Below, piece after piece: positions 38,855 to 63,902 of a DNA stretch of 64,000 nt. Below the pieces are notes generated by a model. It saw only the letters and a program-made list of their open reading frames with translations. It had not been told where the DNA came from and searched no databases. The translations under genes were made by a program, and so were the position numbers. The DNA is from Novakomyces olei (lineage: Eukaryota). The stretch's first letter is position 1; each line of letters starts with the position of its first letter. The DNA lies in NCBI GenBank assembly GCA_016906335.1, contig JADEYG010000006.1, positions 1 to 64,000 on the forward strand, written 5' to 3'.

Positions 38855-41800
38855 TTGGATAAACGTTAACAGTATTTATAAAAAATTTAAAATATAAATT
38901 TTTGCACCTAAACATCATATAATATTTATAAATCTTATTTATTAAATAGTATATATAAAATATTAAGTATTAAATGTAATAAATAGATTATATATATATT
39001 TTATACAATCATTAACTACTATCAAATATCATATAATATTTATAAATCTTATTTATTAGATTTGAGATATTAAATATCATAATATATTAAATACTAAATA
39101 TTAAGATAGTATATATTAAATATTATATATATAAATATAAATACAAAATAAATAAATTATATATATATTATTTATATAATCATTAACTACTATCAAAAGC
39201 ATTATATATTTATAAATCTTATTTATTAGTTATTAAATATTAAGTATTAAATGTAATAAATATATATAAATATATATAAATACAAGATAAATAGATTATA
39301 TATATATTATTTATACAATCATTAACTACTATCAAAAGCATTATATATTTATAAATCTTATTTTAAAGATATTAAATATTAGATTAAAGATATTAAATAT
39401 TAGATTAAAGATTAAGATAGTAGATATAAAGTATTTAATATTAAATACTAAATATTATATATTATAGATATTTAATATAAAATATTAGATATTATATATA
39501 ATCATTAACTACTATAAAACATCTCAGCTTATATTTATAAATCTTATTTTAAAGATATTAAATATTAAATGTTATATTAAAGATATTAAGATTTGAGATA
39601 TTATATATAAAAATAATATTAAATATAAAATACAAAATATTGTAATATTGTAATATTGTAATATATATATATAAAGTTATTATATACATATTATTTATAC
39701 AATCATTAACTACTATAAAACATCATATAATATTTATAAATCTTATAACTAAGCTAAGATATATTATATAATATTTTATTATATTTAATAATAATATAAT
39801 AATGATATAATAATATAATATCTAATATCTTATATATATAAAATTATATATAATAATATTTGGATATTATTGTTAATAAGTAAATATTATTTTATAATTT
39901 ATATATTATTATATCAAATATTTTAATATAGTTATTATAAAATAATAACTATTTATTACTTATATATATATAAAATATATAAATAAATTATATATAAAAT
40001 ATTATTTATATAAACATTAACAGTATTTCTAATTTCTAATTTCTAATTTCTAATTTCTAATTTCTAATTTCTAATTTCTAATTTCTAATTTCTAGTGCAA
40101 AAATTTAAAATATAAATTTTTTTCACCTAAATATCATATAATATTTATAAATATTATTTATTGAAAAATATTAATATAATATATTATATTATATCTTATA
40201 TTTATATATTATATACATTATAATTAATAACAATATTATATTATATAGTTTATCATAAAATATAATTAATTTATATATATTATATTCTCTAAGTATAATA
40301 AATATATAATTATATTAAATATATATATTAGAATAAAAATAATATCTATAAATAATTATAATTATAATTATAGTTATAGTTATTTTATAATTATTAAATA
40401 TTAGTTTGATATAACCCTTTGGAATATATATATATATATATATAAATATTAAGTTAATAATTTATATTTAAGATATTATTATCATAAACATTAACAGTAT
40501 TTCTAGTGCAAAAAATTTAAATTTTAAATTTTTATTGCACCTAAACATCAGTTTATATTCTTATTAATATTAATCTAATCAATTTGATATTAAATATTTA
40601 TTAATATTAATATAATCACTATTTTAATATATTATATTTTATATTCTATATTTAAATATATTAAATATTATATATATTGTTAAATATATTTAAATTTTAG
40701 TTAATATTTTATACATTTAATAATATTTTATAAATTTAATAATATTTTATACATTTAATAATATTTTATACATTTAATAATATATATTTAAATATATTGT
40801 TATATATATTATAATAATATTAAATATTAAATATCTAATGTTTTATATATAAATATATATATAAATATATAATAAATAGATTGATTATATATAGTTTTAG
40901 TTTATATAAATATTAACTGTATTCAATAGCATACAATATTTATTTATACTATAACTAGGATATTATATATTATATACTATAATATTATATCTTATATAAC
41001 TATAATATAATTTATTTATTTATTATATATAATATTGTAATATATTTATTTATTATATATAATATTGTAATATATTTATAAGATTTATAATAACTATTTA
41101 TTATTTATAGTTATTAAATATAAAATATTGTTGTTAATATATAAATATAAATATAAATATAAATATAGATATAAAATTAATAATTTATATATAAATAGTT
41201 TATAAATATTAACTGTATTGATGGTGCAAAAAAATTTATATTTTAAATTTTTTGCTCCTTAAAAGCATTAAATATTTATTTATATTATCTATTAAAAGCA
41301 TTAAATATTTATTTATATTATATTATATTATATTATATATTTTATCATATATAATTTATTTAATATGTTATTTATTTTATTTTATTTTATTTTATTTTAT
41401 TTTATTTTATCATATATAATTAATTTAATATATTATATCTTACATTTTTATATATATATTTATATAATATATTATATATAACATGTATATATATATATAT
41501 ATATATTATAGTTAATAACAATATTATATTCTATTATATAATTTTATATAAAGTTTATTTTATTATAATATATTTTATTAAAAATAAATTGTATAATAAA
41601 TATATAATTATATCAAATATATATTCTAATAATATCTATAAATAATTATATTTATATATAGTGTTTATATAAGTATTAACTGTATTATATATAAAATAAA
41701 TATATTATATATATATAGTTTGTATAATCATTAACTACTTATTACTTAACAGTTAATATTTATAAATATTATTTATTAAATTTGAGATATAAAATATAAA

Positions 41801-44800
41801 ATATTAAACATAAAATATTAAATGTTTTATATAATATATATATATATATATAAAGTTATTATATATATAAAGTTATTATATACATATTATTTATATAATC
41901 ATTAACTGTTCTGTTATCATGAAAAATTTAAATTTTAAATTTTTTGCTCCTTAAAAGCATTAAATATTTATATTTATATTATCTATTAAAAGCATATTTT
42001 ATATTTATTAATATTTAAAATATATATCTAAATTAAATATCATTAAATATTATTTTATATTTTATAAATAATAAATATATTATATATATTATTAATAAGC
42101 TAAATATATAATATAAGTATAAGTTATATAAGTTGTATATATTATTTATATAATCATTAACTGTATTCCCATCAGCAAATATTCTTAATAACATCATATA
42201 ATATTCTTAATAATATTTATAAATATATATTTAATATTAAATATTTTACATAATATATTATATATATAATATAATATATATAAGATATTATAATTTTATA
42301 TAGATATATATAAGTATTAACTTTTATTAATTATTAAATATTAAATATTAACTTTTAAGCAAATCTTTGATATTTTATTTTACAAACTTTTATAAAAGTT
42401 TATTAAATAATATAAAATATGTATATATAAATTATATAAGTTGTATATATTATTTATATATATATTAACTGTATTCCTGGTGAAAAAAATTTAAATATTA
42501 AATTTTGCACCTAAACATCAGTTATATTTATATTTATATTTATATTTATATTTATATTTATATTTATATTTATATTTATATTTATATTATCTATAAAAGA
42601 TATTAAATATATTGCAACAATATTATTAAATATTTTTACTAAATATATTAAATATGATATTATATTAAGTATATTATATTATATATAATAAATATAATAT
42701 ATTTATAAGATTTATAATATTTATAATATTTATTTGAAAATAATCTTTATAAATTTTTACAAACTTTTATAAATATTGTTGTTAATATCTTTAATATAAA
42801 TATAAAGTTATTATATATTATAGATATAAATATAAAGTTATTATATATTATAGATATAAATATAAAGTTATTATATATTATAGATATAAACATTAACTGT
42901 ATTCCCGGTGCAAAAAATTTAAATATTAAATTTTGCACCTAAACATCAGCAAATATTCTTAATATTATAGTATATATATTATAGTATAAGATAGTATATA
43001 TTTTACATAATATTTGTATTTAGTAGATATTATTAAATATATTGTACATAATATAATATTAATATTAATATTAATATTAATGTTAATATATATTCTAATA
43101 TATTATATTATATTATATTATATTATTTAATAGATATCATATTAAGTATAATTATAACTATAATAATAATTATAAATATAACATAACTTATTTATTTATT
43201 TATATATTTATAAAGTATAAAATAATTAATACTAAATATTATATATATTATTTATAATTTATTAAAAATATATTATAAACATTAACTGTATTCCTGGTGC
43301 AAAAAAATTTATATTAAAATTTTTGCACTAGAACATCATCAAATATTTATAAATCTTATTTATTAGTTAATTTATTATATTATATATTATAAAATATTAT
43401 ATTATGTTAAGTATAAATATGTATTAATATTATTATATTAAGTATAAATATGTATTAATATTATTATATTAAGTTTAGATATGTATTAATATTATTATAT
43501 TAAGTATAGATATGTATAATATTATATATATAACAATAATAAAATATATTTATTATATATAATATTTAATATTTATTTATTAATTAAATAATATATAATA
43601 TATTCAATATAATTTATAAATTATATATATATATATATAATTAAATCTTTTATATTATTTAATAAACTTTTATAAAGTTTTATAATAAATAATATTTATA
43701 ATATTTTTATATTAAATATACTATAAACATAATCATTAACTGTATTCCTGGTGCAAAAAATTTTATATTTTAAATTTTGCACTAGAACATCTGTTTATAT
43801 TCTTAATATTATAGTATATATATATTCTTAATATTTTAGTATATATATTATAAGATTGTATATATTGTACATAATATATTTATTTAGTAAATATTATTAA
43901 ATATATTGTACATAATATTAATATTATGCATATTGTAAAATATTATATTATGTAATAGAGATATCATATTAAGTATTTATATGTATAATATTATTTTATA
44001 TTATATTATATTAAATAATTATAATAATTATAATATAATTTATTTATTTATATATTTATAAAGTTACTATTAATAATAAATATATATATATATATCAAAT
44101 TAATAATTTAAATTATATTATTAAATTTATTATATTATATTATATTATATTATATTATATTATATTATATTATATTATATTATATTATATTATATTATAT
44201 TATATTATTGTAAAGTTTTATTTTTATAATAAATATTATTTATATTGTTTATAATTTATGTGTATATAATATAAATATAAATGTTAACTGTATTCCCATC
44301 AGCCTATATTTATTAATACTATCTATAATATATATATTATTATAAGATAGTTTGATATATTTTTAATAATATATTTATGTTTGATATATTATATCAAAGT
44401 ATATATTATATCAAAGTATATTTAATATTAAATAAGATATTATATTAAGTATTGATATGTATAAATAATATTATATTATATAAAATAATTATAATAATAA
44501 GAATATAATTATTTAATAATATTAAATACTGATTATAAAGTATAAAATAATATAATATAATTAAATTATTTAGATAGATTATTATAAGTTTTTATAATAA
44601 ATATTATATATAGTTTATGTATAAAATATGAATATAAATATTATATATAGTTTATGTATAAAATATGAATATAAATGTTAACTGTATTCCTATTATATAT
44701 AGTTTATGTATATTAATATGAATATAAATGTATATAATATGAATATAAATGTATAAAATATGAATATAAATATTAACTGTATTCCTGTTGAAAAAAATTT

Positions 44801-44850
44801 AGATATAAAATTTTTGCACCTAAACCTCAGTTTATATTCTTAATATTATA
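38855..44850 (+). repeat. Degenerate tandem array; units marked by (c/t)attaactgtatt with or without a GGTGCA...TGCACC hairpin
   Basis: Hairpin units at ~38880, 40093, 40503, 41223, 41920, 42479, 42907, 43296, 43750, 44787; hairpin-less units in between. Confidence 0.85.
42906..42943. mobile_element. Representative copy of the dispersed GGTGCA-An-(AT loop)-Tn-TGCACC palindromic element (about 29 copies or half-copies in the window)
   Basis: ggtgcaaaaaatttaaatattaaattttgcacc; identical flanks lacking the element at 42155-42190. Confidence 0.7.
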
Positions 44851-45349
44851 TCTTATATTATAATTTATAAACCTATCAAATATTATTTATTTATCAATAA
44901 TTTTATTTAATTATTTTTAAATATATATATATGGATAGATATACATACATAAATTATTAAATATTATATATAGATTAATATTAAGATATAAAACTATTAA
45001 AAATATTTTATTAAGTATATTATGATATATAGAATAAGATAATATTTATACAAAATATATTTATATTAGATATTAATATTATTAATTGTTAATTATATAT
45101 ATATATATATTTATAAAATATTTGATATATAGTATAGTAATAATGTACATTTATAAATAATAATAATATAAATATAATTTATTATTATTTAATATATATA
45201 TATAATATAATACTAATATTATATAATATAAATTATATATAATATAATATAATATAATATAATATAAATTATATATAATATAATATAATATAAATTATAT
45301 ATATATATAATAATAAAATAGTTTACAAGAACATATAATATATATGTAA

Positions 45350-47105
45350 ATAAATTTGAGAGTTTAATTCTGGCTCAGTTTGAATACTATCTATATAAAT
45401 TAACACATGCTAATCAAATGATATATATTAAATATATTATAAATTAATATATAAATAATATATTCATGGTGTAAAGGTGAGTATAATAGATATAGTTACC
45501 TATTAGTTATAAATAATTTATTAATATATTATTAATTTAATTAATTAATAAAAAATGTATAATAATAATATATATAATATATATATTATCTAAAGATATA
45601 AATAATAAATAAAAAACCTTTGATATTAGTTATATTTATTATAAATATGTAAAATATTAATATAATTATAATAAATTATTATTATTTAAATAATAAATAA
45701 TAAAATAATAATATATATAAATAGTATCTAATATAAGGAATATAAAATTATATTGCTAATAGATATAATCTATAATGAAGAATTAGTTTTAGTGGTAAAA
45801 TCTCTAATAAGATGTAAGGATTCATAATCATTATTGAAAGATATAATGATCACAATAATTATTAATAAGGTTATAGGATAATTAATATTATAAATAATAA
45901 TATTAAATCTTCAGCAGTGATGAATATTAGTCAATGTATGAAAATATGAACTAGTAATATAGAAGATATATATTAACTTAATATATCGATAATATAAAAA
46001 TAATAATGATATAATTATATTATAATAAATATTGAATAAATATAGTGCCAGCATTCGCGGTGAGACTATAAATATTAGTATTAAACGGTTTTAATAGGTC
46101 TAAAAAAATATAAGGTTGTTATAATTATAAAATAATAAAATATTATATTATATTATATTATAAACTAGAATTTAAAATAATTTTTATATATGAATTCTTT
46201 GTGTAAGGTTAAAATCTTTTGATTCAAAGAGGACAGCTATTAGGCGAAAGCATAAAAATATTAAAAATTGACACTAAATATTGAAGGTTTAAGTAGTGAA
46301 CAGGATTAGAGACCCTTAGTAATTTAAACTGTAAACTATGTATGCTATATATAATTATTATTTAATTAAATTTATTATATATAAATGAAGATGTAAGCAT
46401 ACTACCTGATTAGTAAATACGCAAGTACGAAAATCAAAGAATTAGGCGGCCGAATATAGAATAAGTGGATTGTACTATTTAATTAGATAATACGCAAATA
46501 ACCTTACCAAATTTTGCATATTATATATTATTTAATTTAGTTTTATTATTTTATATATATATATATTATTTATATAATATATAAATTATAAGATATATAA
46601 TACAGGTTTTGCATGGTTGTTTTTCAGAGCATGTTTTGAAATTTTGGTTAAATCCTTTAATGCTCGTAAGTCTTTGAGTTATTTTAATAAAATAATAAAA
46701 ATCATAAAAATTTTAATTATATTAATAAATAATTGTTAACTTAAATAATAAGTGATAAACAAAGAGTAAAACAAATCAATATGAACTATATAATTTGGGC
46801 TATAGGTACAATACAATAATTAATACAAATTTATATATATTAATATAATATAATAATTAATAAATAAAATTAATTTTAGTTTGGATTATTATTTGTAACT
46901 CAATAATATGAAAATGGAATTTATAGTAATCGTTAATCAGTATGAAACGGTGAATTCATAGAATTCGGTGCACTAATTATCCATCAAGTAATTATAATAA
47001 TATCACTATAAAAAAACTATAATATTAGTATTAATAGTAGATTTATGATAAGTATTAAGTTGTAGTAAAGTTGCCTTATATGAATATGAGGCAGATAGAT
47101 GATTT
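45350..47105 (+). rRNA. rns: Mitochondrial small subunit rRNA; ends approximate
   Basis: gagagtttaattctggctcag, taacacatgc, gtgccagcattcgcggt, aacaggattagagaccc, aaccttacca, gcatggttgt, gaatttatagtaatcg, cggtgaat. Confidence 0.95.
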
Positions 47106-49532
47106 CGATAATTTAATTTAAATACAGTTAACTCCCTATATAATATAATATAATAATAATAATATATTTAATATTTTAATTATATATATATCTTATATTA
47201 TTATTATATACTTTTATATATAATATATTATATTATTTTATTTTAAATAATACCTATTTAAATATATATATATATATATAAATATAATATATATAAATGT
47301 AAAGTAAATTAAGTAATATATATATTTAATAATATATTTAATAATAAACATTAATTTTATTTGAGATATATATAAATATAAACATAAATATAAATTTTAT
47401 ATATAAATATAAATATATGTTTTTATAATTTTATATATAAATATAAATATATGTTTTTATAATTTTATAAATAATACAATATTTAATTATATTATTAAAT
47501 ATATAATAAATGTAAAGCAAGTATATATATTAAATAATATAATAATTTTATTATCTTTATAGATAATTTAAATATAATAAATATTATTTACAATTAATAC
47601 ATATCATATATTTGATCTAATTTAATTAAAATATATGATATACATATAAATATAAATATATATAATATATATAATCATACATCATCATATATATATAATC
47701 ATATATCATATATATAATAATATATATTTTAAATTAAAATATTAAATATAATTGGTAGATGTTATTATTATTATTATTAATTATTTAATATAATAAATGA
47801 TTAAAAAGTATAATAAATAATATTAAAATATAAAATTTATATATTTTATTATATTTAAGGAATTAAATCTTATAATAAATGTTATTAACTAAATTAAGAT
47901 TAGCTAATTTTTATATTATATTTATTATATTATATTAGTAGATATTATATTATATTATTAAATATTATATTTATAAAAATAATATTATATTTATAAAAAT
48001 AATATTTATTTGAACCTCATCTATAGATCTAATAATATTTAATAATATTTATATACAAAGTTAGTATATATTTATATTTATATTTATATTTAATATATAT
48101 ATATTGATACAATAAATAAAATAAGTATATTGATATAATAAATAAAATAATTATATTAAATTTATACTATGATTATTTATTATAATAATTATAATTATTG
48201 TATGTTTTTATAATTATTATAGTTATTAATTATTATAATAGTTACATTAAATATATTTTTATTTAATTTAATTTAATAATATTTAATGTATTTATAATAT
48301 ATATTATAAATAAAGATATTTAATATTTAATTTAGATGTTTAATAATATAATATTTAATAGTAATATATATATATATATATAAATATAATTTATATAAAT
48401 TATTGTTAAAATAATGTAATAAGATTATGGTGCAAAAAATTTAATATTAAATTTTTTGATTGCACCTATTAAATTTATTTATAAAATAAATAAATTTTAT
48501 CATATTAAACATTATAATATAATTAGAAATTATAAAATATATACTAAATTATAAAATATATACTAAATTATAAAATATATATTAAATTATATACTTTACT
48601 TTAACAATTAATATTATTTAATAATATTTTATATATAATATAATATAATATAATATAATATAATATAATACAATGGTTTTATTGTTAATTAAATATAAAA
48701 ATATTTATATTAAAAGATATATATATATATATTATTTTATAATAATTTGATATTTCTATGTTTATATTAGTATAATAGATGATTATATATATTATACATA
48801 TAAATATTATTTAATATATTATTCAAAGGTATGCTTTTCTTTAATATGAAAGGTTATCTTATAAAAATAAAAATTTTTATTATTTTTTATAATAATTTAA
48901 TATCTATTATTTAAAATAATATTAAATAAATATATATTTTATATTATATTATATTATATTATATTTTATTTAAATTTATAAATTATTATTTATATAAAAT
49001 ATATAAATATTATATATATATAGATAATAATCATAATAATAAATAGTAGTAATTATATATTATTTATATAGATTATCTAATAAACTATAACATATTGTAA
49101 AATAAAATATAAATATAAATATATATTAAAATATAATTTAATTATTAGTTTTAATATAATAAATATATTTTATATATTAACTATATCAAATTATTATAAT
49201 AATATATAATTAATTATAGATATAGTTAATAATTAATAATTAATAATTAATAATTAATAATTATCATAATAATCATAATAATCATAATAATCATAATAAT
49301 CATAATAATCATAATAATCATAATAATCATAATAATCATAATAATCATAATAATCATAATAATATTTAGTATTAATTATTTAATATCTTTATTATATATA
49401 TATAAAGATATAATAATAATAATAATATTAATTATAATATATATATATATATATATTGATATAAAAAATATTATTATATATAATATATAAAATATATAAA
49501 TATAAAATATAAATATATTAATATAAAAATTA

Positions 49533-59045
<9,513 letters not shown>

Positions 59046-59950
59046 TTTATATATTATTATACATAATATACATATATAACTTTATATAATATAAATTAAT
59101 AAATTAAATAAAATAAAAGTTTTTAAAAATAATAAAAGTTTGTAAAAATAATAAAAGTTTGTAAAAATAATAAAAAAAATATTTTTTAATTTACTAATTA
59201 AAGTTTATATAAAAATTATTTAATAATGTTTTATTTTTATTAAAATATTAAAAATATATTAAATATTATATTTGATATTTGATATGTATATATAATAATA
59301 TATATAAAATATTTTAGTATTTTAACATAGGATAAAATTTAAACTTATTTTATATATTAATTTTAATATATTTAATTTGTTTTTATTTAAAATTTAATAA
59401 GCCATAATTAATATAAATAATATTTATATTAAATATTAAATATTATATTAAATATATTAGTTATTATATATTATTTATTAAATATTATTAATTTATATTA
59501 TACACTTTATTATTATTGTAAATATAGTAAAATAATAATAAGATTAAATATAATAATAAGATTAAATATAATAATAATAATAATAATAATTTGTTTTTAA
59601 AAGTAAAAGTAAAAGTAAAAGTAAAAGTAAAAGTAAAAGCTTTTAATAATAAATGATAATAAATATATTAAAATATATGAAAGTTTTTAAAATGTTTAAG
59701 TTTAATTTAATAATATTTTAATATTAATAATTTAATAATTTGATTGATTTTTTGTTTATAATTAATTGTTAAAATATAAAATATTTAATTGTTTTAAAAA
59801 TATAAATAGGATATTAAAAAGTATATATATATTAAAATATTTAATATAAAATAACTTTTTTTTATACTTATTAATCAATATTTTTTATATACATTTTATA
59901 AAATTTTATAAAAGTTTAATTTTAGTTTATAAAAATAAGATAAAAATAAA

Positions 59951-61846
59951 ATGAATATATTTACAAATTATATAGATAATATATATTATTATATAGATAA
60001 TAATTATATAAATTATATATATAATATAATATTAATGTTATATATATTACCAATAATAAATATAATGTTAAATCAATTATTAATTAAGAGTGAATCATTT
60101 GAATTAGAATTAAATAATATTAATAATAATAATATTTTAAATATATATACAAAAATAAATAAGAGATATATAATAAATAAAAGTATATTATATATATCAA
60201 TAATATTTAGTATAATAGTATATTTATTAGTATTATCATTATTATTAATATATAATACAAATTTAGGTTTAATAGAATATAATATAAATATATTAGATAA
60301 TAATTTATTAAATTTTGATATAGGTTTAAGTTCAATTAGTTTATCATTTATATTATTAAATAGTTTAATAATAGTATTAATATTATTATATAATTATAAG
60401 AATTATAATAATTTCCAAAGTAATATATTAAGTAATAATTCAATAACAATAAATAATAGTATAATGCATACATATATATTTATATTATTATTATTATTAA
60501 TAAATTCAGTATTTATAGTAAGAAATACATTATTATTCTATGTATTTTTTGAATCATTTTTACCAATATTATTTATATTAGTTGGTATATATGGATCATA
60601 TAATAGAATAACAGCAAGTTATTATTTATTTATATATACATTATTTGGAAGTATGTTTTTATTAATAGGAATATGTATGTTAAAATATACAACAAATTCA
60701 TTTAATTATAGTTATATAAGTTCAATGATAATACCGTTACATACACAATATATAATATGATTATGTATATTTATAGGATTTGTAGTAAAGATACCATTAT
60801 TTCCCTTTCATATATGGTTACCATTAGCACATTCAGAATCAGTATTAAGTGGTTCAATAATATTAGCAGCATTAGTATTAAAAGTTGCAATATATGGAGT
60901 ATTAGAATTTTTAATAAATTTATTACCATTAGCAAATATATATTATAATAATTTATTAACATTTTTAAGTATAATAACATTAATTTATTCATCAATAATA
61001 ACTTTAAGACAAATTGATAATAAAGTTATAATAGCTTATAGTTCTGTAGCACATATGGCTATAGTTATAATAGGTATATCATCAAATAATTTATTAGGTT
61101 TAAATGGTTCAATATTATTAAGTATTAGTCATGGTTTTGTTAGTCCAGCATTATTTATTATATTTGGTGGTATATTATATGATAGATATCATACAAGATT
61201 ATTAGATTATTATAGAGGTATTAGTACTTATTATCCTTTATTATCAATATTATTCTTTATTTTTGCTTTAGGTAATATGGGTACACCTACTACTTTAAAT
61301 TTTGTAGGAGAATTATTCTGTATTATTGGTTCAATGAATAATAATATTATTATATCAGTTTTAGCTTCAACTACTTTAGTTCTTAGTGCTAGTTATACTA
61401 TATGGTTATATAATAGAATTACTGGTGGTTATATTACTATATCAAATATTATTAATAATTATAAATTATTTAATTATAATTCAAATAATTTAAAATCTAT
61501 TAAAGATATAATAAACTTAAAATATGATATAAAAAATAATAAAAATAATAAAAAAAATAAAAATAAAGTAAATAATAATTTAAAAACTTTAAATAATAAA
61601 ATAGTTAATAATAATAAAATAGTTAATAATAAAAAAACAAAAACTTTAAAAAATAAATTAATTAATTCTTTACCTCAAATGATTATTAATAATTATAATA
61701 ATAATATACTAAATATATCTTATGATATTAATAGATGTGAAGGTTATATATTATTAACATTATTATATTTAACTATATTATTAGGTTTATTACCTAATGT
61801 TTTAATTAATATATTAAATAATGATTTATCTTATTATTTATTCTAA
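59951..61846 (+). CDS. nad4: NADH dehydrogenase subunit 4 (TGA at 60758 read as Trp)
   Basis: FYVFFES, YTLFGSMFLL, KIPLFPFHIWLPLAH, KVIIAYSSVAHM, SHGFVSPALF, LYDRYHTR. Confidence 0.96.
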
Positions 61847-63828
61847 TTTATTTAATATACTTTTATTTTTATACTAAATATATTTATAATCATTAATTTA
61901 ATATATAGTAATTAATAATTATAATTATAATTATTATAATAATAATAATTATAATAATAACAATAATATTATTAAGATATATAATAATAAACATAAATAT
62001 AAATATCAAATTATAAATAAATAAATATAAATATAAATATCAAATTATAAATAAATATATATATATATATTAATAAATATCTATTTAATATTTAATAAGT
62101 AAATATTATATAAATAAATCTATAATTATATTTAATAAATTAAGATGTAAAATATTAAAAATTAATATAAAAAATGTAATGTTTTTAATTATTATTAAAT
62201 ACGATAATTAAACTTTGTATGTAATATCAAAGTTTAATAATATATATATATATATTTATCAAATACTTATTATTTAATATAAATATATATAGTATATTTA
62301 TTTATCAAATGCTTATTATTTAATATAAATATATATAATATATTTATCAAATGCTTATTATTTAATATAAATATATGTTTATTTAAACACCTATCATTAT
62401 CTATAACTTATTATATATTTATAATTAATAATATACTTATTAATATATAGTTAGTATAAATATAATATATTAATTTAGTTAAATATTAAATAAATAACTA
62501 ATATTATAAATGTTAACTGTTAAGTTGGAGCAAAAAAATTAAATATTATTTTTTATTTAAAGTAAATATAAATATACTTAAATATAAATATATTTAGACA
62601 TAAATATACTTAAATATAAATATATAAAATATAATATTTAATATATCTAATATTTAGTATATAATTTAATATTTTATATATATAATTTAATTTCTTGTAA
62701 ATATAATTTAGTATGTATAATAAATATATTATAATTTATAGCTATAAGTATATATTATTAAATATATTATATTAATAATAAATAGAATATATATATATTA
62801 TATTATAATATAAATATTTATATGTTTATTAACTTTCTATTACATAGAAAGTTAACTAATTTAATATAAATTAATTAAAAACTTTGATTAATTTATTTAT
62901 TAATCATTTGAAATATTATTAAACATTATATTATAATATATTTCAAACTTTTATATATATTTTAGATATTAAATATATTATATATACATATTATATTAGA
63001 TAGTAGATAGTAGATATTATATAGTAGATATCATATAGTAGATATTAAAGATAGTAGATATTATATTTTATATATTTATATTTTTGCACCGGAACCTGTA
63101 CCAACTTAAAATATTTAAAATATTTAAAATATTTAAAATATTTAAAATATTAAGCTTGTCGATTTAATATCATTAAATTTTATTAATTTATTAATTTACT
63201 TATCTTTACTATTATTATAATATATTTAATAATATTTATTTAATAAATACTTATAAATGTTATAAAAGATTTATTTAATATTATATTTTATTTATAAGAG
63301 ATTTATTTTATTATATTTTATTTAATAGATTAATAATATTGTATCTTTATTTACTTATTTATTCATTATTATTATAATAATTATTATAATTTTATATATA
63401 TATATATATTAAATATCTAATAAGATATTAAATAAATATTAATATGAATTGTTTTATAATATAAATAATTATTTAGTGAATATTAAATATACTTTATATT
63501 AATATTAATATTAACTTTCTATTACATAGAAAGTTAACTAATTTAATATATATTAATTAAAAACATTTACTATTTACTATTTACTATTTACTATTTACTA
63601 TTTACTATTTACTATTTACTATTTACTATTTACTATTTACTTTAAAGTATATTTAATATTAATATAATTTAATATTATATTTTATAAACTTTTATATAAC
63701 TTTTAAAGTTGATATTATATTCTTTATATATAACTAATATTATATATATATATATTATTAAGTATGATATAATACATATATTATCAAGTATAATATAATT
63801 TATATATTATTAAGTATAATATATAAAA

Positions 63829-63902
63829 GGGTTGATCGAATAATAGGTTAATTCATAGATCTTTTAAATCTATAAATATAAGTTCAAATCTTATTCAACC
63901 TA
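63829..63902 (+). tRNA. trnK: tRNA-Lys(UUU)
   Basis: Acceptor gggttga/tcaacct; arm tagat-cttttaa-atcta. Confidence 0.92.

Noticed and set aside
38855-44850. CRISPR array (palindromic repeats with spacers)
   Set aside because: Mitochondrial context, no cas genes, spacers are 150-450 nt, low-complexity and related to each other, and the repeats are degenerate.
60757-60948. 63-aa ORF as a frameshifted part of nad4
   Set aside because: It is an alternative frame; nad4 reads continuously through TGA 60758.
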